Source: Ascoidea asiatica JCM 7603
Lineage: Eukaryota; Fungi; Ascomycota
NCBI GenBank assembly: GCA_001600695.1
Contig: BCKQ01000015.1
Coordinates: forward strand, 235,451-299,450
Length of the DNA: 64,000 nucleotides
Direction of reading: 5' to 3'
The translations under genes and the position numbers were made by a program. Positions within the stretch are counted from its first letter, which is position 1, and each line of letters begins with the position of its first letter. The notes under the pieces are model-generated. The model saw only the letters and a list, made by a program, of their open reading frames with translations. It was not told the DNA's origin and searched no databases. Of this stretch, positions 60,771-64,000 are shown in pieces.

Positions 60771-62354
60771 TTAGAATCCTAAGGTATGTTTTAAAGTGAA
60801 AGTGACAACAAATGGTAAACTTATTGCAAGAACTGGATATTGAAATAATAAACATATTGCTAAACAATCAATTTGTAAATGATCATGATTTTTATCATTT
60901 GGTGTAAAAAAAGCAGTTAAAAAAACTTGAACTGTGAAAGTTGGTAATGACCAATTTAAAATTATTATAAACATTAAAATTATATCATTTTCATTATTAA
61001 ATGAAAGCCAATTTGAATTTTTTAATCTTATAATCCATAAAGTTCCTAAAATTGGCATAATACATAATTTTAAAATTGTTAAAAAAATTGCAGATTTCCA
61101 AAAACCTTTTGGAAATTTTTTAATTTTTAATTTAGAAATTGTACCACCTAATAATAATAAACCAAATGGTACTTGAGCATTTGCTAAATATGCAGTGAAA
61201 TCCATTAAAAAATTTAAAGGAGGTGATGAATCTGGTGCATCTGGTAATGAAACTGTTGTTTTAACAAATAAAGCTTTTAACCATGGTATCATTGCTATTA
61301 TTATTGAAATTATTAATGTTAATGAAGGTGGTCTTAAAAAATTGAATAAAAAAAATGAAATTATTGATAAACATTTTTTTTTTAATGATTTTTTTTTAAT
61401 TGAATTTTCTGAATCAACTTCAACTTCATTTTCTAATTCATTAATAATTTCATTTTTTTGTTTTGGTGGTAAACCAATTTCTGTTGAAATTATTGTTAAA
61501 TTTCTAGTTAAAATAGATAAAACATCTTTGTTTTCATTATTTATATTATTTATATTATTTATATTATTTGAACTTGATTGATAAGAATATTCTTGTATTA
61601 CATCATTCAATCCTTCATTTTGCTTTTTATTTTTAAATAATTTATTTGAAGAAGAATTTGTTAAAGATTTAACTATATTATCCTCTATAATTACTTGACT
61701 ATTAGTATCACTATCACTATTACTATTATTACTAGACTGTATACTTTGAATATCTTCCATTGGTTGAGTATCAGTTTCCAAATCTTTTGAATTTTCAACA
61801 TCATTTGAATCTTTTTTAAATAATTTATTATCATTTAAAAAATCATATTCAACTAATCTAAATAAACCAAAATTAAAACAAAATAATAAAGTGAATATTA
61901 AAAAAATTAAAATAAAGGCAATACCTTTATCAGCTTGAGAAGTTGTAAGAATAGAAGTATTTGATAAAGTTTGAATATAAGCAATTGGTAAATCAGAATT
62001 ATTTATAAATATTGAAGCTAAAAGAGAACTACCTTTCCATCTTTTTGGAATTGGAGTTATAAAATTTAATAAAATTCCAAAACCAAAACCTGCTAAAGTT
62101 ATAATTGTTGAAGTTAAAGAAACTATACCAATATATTTTATATCCGAATCAGAAATATTTGTAATAATTTTATTAAATATTAAACATGGTAATAATACAT
62201 TCAATACAATTGCAGAAATATTTTTTGAAGTATCTATTGGTAATATTTTTTTTTTTGATAATAAAAATCCAACACCTATTATTAGATAAATTTTTATTAT
62301 CGGTTTAAATGAAGACCAAATTATTATTCCAATATCAGTATTATCACCTCTCAT
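60771..62354 (-). CDS. ECM3: Auxin-efflux-carrier family transporter, Ecm3 paralogue
   Basis: SFKPIIKIY, SDLPIAYIQT, GLNDVIQEYS, PDAPDSSPPLNFLMDF; tandem duplicate of 58509-60020. Confidence 0.9.
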   Translation of the reverse strand: MRGDNTDIGIIIWSSFKPIIKIYLIIGVGFLLSKKKILPIDTSKNISAIVLNVLLPCLIFNKIITNISDSDIKYIGIVSLTSTIITLAGFGFGILLNFITPIPKRWKGSSLLASIFINNSDLPIAYIQTLSNTSILTTSQADKGIAFILIFLIFTLLFCFNFGLFRLVEYDFLNDNKLFKKDSNDVENSKDLETDTQPMEDIQSIQSSNNSNSDSDTNSQVIIEDNIVKSLTNSSSNKLFKNKKQNEGLNDVIQEYSYQSSSNNINNINNINNENKDVLSILTRNLTIISTEIGLPPKQKNEIINELENEVEVDSENSIKKKSLKKKCLSIISFFLFNFLRPPSLTLIISIIIAMIPWLKALFVKTTVSLPDAPDSSPPLNFLMDFTAYLANAQVPFGLLLLGGTISKLKIKKFPKGFWKSAIFLTILKLCIMPILGTLWIIRLKNSNWLSFNNENDIILMFIIILNWSLPTFTVQVFLTAFFTPNDKNHDHLQIDCLAICLLFQYPVLAISLPFVVTFTLKHTLGF

Positions 62355-62572
62355 TATGATATATTATAGTGATGTGTAATATAAATAATCTTGAAATATG
62401 AATAATAACTAATAACCAATAACTAATATATACTTACTTTATTCTCACTTCATACCAACCATTACTTTTCCAATTAATCGTAATCATTTAATCATTTATT
62501 CCTTTATTCCTTTATTCTTTTGTTCTCTCAGTATTCGTTTATTTGATCTAAATTTATTCGAATAAAATCAAC

Positions 62573-62685
62573 AAAACCCAAGAAACTGGCGCCAAAACAA
62601 AAGACCCACAGCACTGGCGACAAAAAAGAAAACCCAAACTACTGGACTCTAAAAGAAAATCCACAACACTGGCGACAATGAGAAG
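62573..62685. promoter_or_regulatory. Four ~28-bp degenerate repeats with core ACTGGCG(A/C)CAA in a divergent promoter
   Basis: aaaacccaagaaactggcgccaa / aagacccacagcactggcgacaa / aaaacccaaactactggactcta / aaaatccacaacactggcgacaa. Confidence 0.55.
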
Positions 62686-63272
62686 TACCGCTAAATTGGA
62701 CTCGTCTTTTGGTACCTGGTTCCTGGACTCAACTGAATCTCCACCAATAAAACCTGTTTCTGCTGCAAAGTCCGGCCCAACAGCAATAAATACAAAGTTC
62801 TGTCTCAAGACAAAAATTACAAAAATTACAAAAAAAGGTCTAAATTCTTCCTCTTTCTCGGTTTTTGCTTGAAGTGATGTAATTTTAAGTGTATTTCCCT
62901 GCAATTAGTGACAATGTGTTGTCCAAAATGAATAAAAAGGGTGCTTATTTGCATGTGGATACCTTCGGGATGTGATATTCTTTCTTATCAAATATCCTTT
63001 TTCCAGGACCTTGAAACTTGAAAAGAATCAATTTCAAAAAAGTTTGAAAAATTGGACTCTTTTGAAATATACTGCATATTTGATATATAAATATACTTCG
63101 AAAATTATAATATATATATGGGGAAAGGAAAGACAATAAATAAAATATATAACCAAAAATATTATCACTAACATCGTCTACCAATAAATTTAAAAGAAGT
63201 GTAATTTGAAATAGTTAATGATTGAAGTATATTTTTCTAAGATTATAATAAAACTATTATTTTTCCCTTAGA

Positions 63273-64000
63273 ATGAAACATGAAACATTTTATAATTATA
63301 CATATTCAACAACAATAAATACTTTAAATCGCTATATTGATCAAATTCCAATTGATCATAGTCAAGATGATCCAATTAATGATTTAATGAATATTATTAA
63401 TGGAAATAATCAAATGGATGATTTTACTCAAACTAAAAATATTAATCTCAAATATAATTTCAAGGATCTAATGGAAAATAATGATGAAGAAAGCAAACAT
63501 TGTTCTAAGATCTTTAAACTATATTCAGTTTCACCATCTGAAATTTATTGTTTATTAGTTGAATTACGTTTTTCAATTAGAAAAAATTCTCAATTTTTTT
63601 TAAAATTATTATTATTAGCTGCTTTTACTTCAAAATCAATTTTAATCTCTTTTATAACAAAAGATGAAAATTTATTAATTTTTAATAAATATTTTTTTAA
63701 AAATTTAAAAAAAAAAAATAAAATTAATAATTTAATTATTAAAAAGAATAATAAAATTATTGATTATAATATAAAATTCGAATTATTAAATATCTTAGGT
63801 CATTGTATTTTGAAATTTTTCCCAACTACTCAATGTTTAATTGAAAAAATTAGAGAAAATTTAAAATTACATGATATCTTCTCAATTGATAATCAATTTA
63901 TTGAAGATTTTCAAAAAGAAAATAAATTAAATGATAAATCTAATAATGAAAATATCAACAAAAAAAAATTAAATTGTCTTAAAGAATATAAAATTTTAGC
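63273..64000 (+). CDS. Unknown protein, 5' part; runs off the window
   Basis: Frame open from ATG 63273 (MKHETFYNYTYS...) to the window end, host codon bias. Confidence 0.7.
   Translation, partial: MKHETFYNYTYSTTINTLNRYIDQIPIDHSQDDPINDLMNIINGNNQMDDFTQTKNINLKYNFKDLMENNDEESKHCSKIFKLYSVSPSEIYCLLVELRFSIRKNSQFFLKLLLLAAFTSKSILISFITKDENLLIFNKYFFKNLKKKNKINNLIIKKNNKIIDYNIKFELLNILGHCILKFFPTTQCLIEKIRENLKLHDIFSIDNQFIEDFQKENKLNDKSNNENINKKKLNCLKEYKIL

Overview
Very AT-rich budding-yeast (Saccharomycotina) DNA. The Asn-run proteins, LRR relics and codon bias suggest an Ascoidea-like species (inference only). The window has two parts. (1) A ~33.5-kb protein-gene desert (645-34270) between SYO1 and COX19, with tRNA-Glu at its left edge. 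It is a transposon graveyard: three LTR families (A ~1.03 kb x3, B 490 bp x2, C ~1.03 kb x4, partly nested, several with target-site duplications), a MITE, two decayed hAT-like transposases, an MNN2-like pseudogene and, most strikingly, a fragmented minus-strand Helitron-type Rep (HUH) + Pif1 helicase gene, a class essentially not described in budding yeasts to my knowledge. The desert is a candidate regional centromere/pericentromere. (2) A gene-rich part (34.3-64 kb): COX19, an Atg39/Atg32-like membrane protein, a TUS1-like RhoGEF, RPS29 lacking two of its four zinc cysteines, a divergent DIP5-like permease, tRNA-Asn, LRR/RVS161 pseudogene debris, RPB11 with a prion-like tail, a Rab4-like GTPase, RTT103, a YPR063C-like gene, tandem ECM3 paralogues with a gene-conversion tract, and a partial unknown ORF. 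All homology calls come from manual translation and remembered motifs; no database searches were run.
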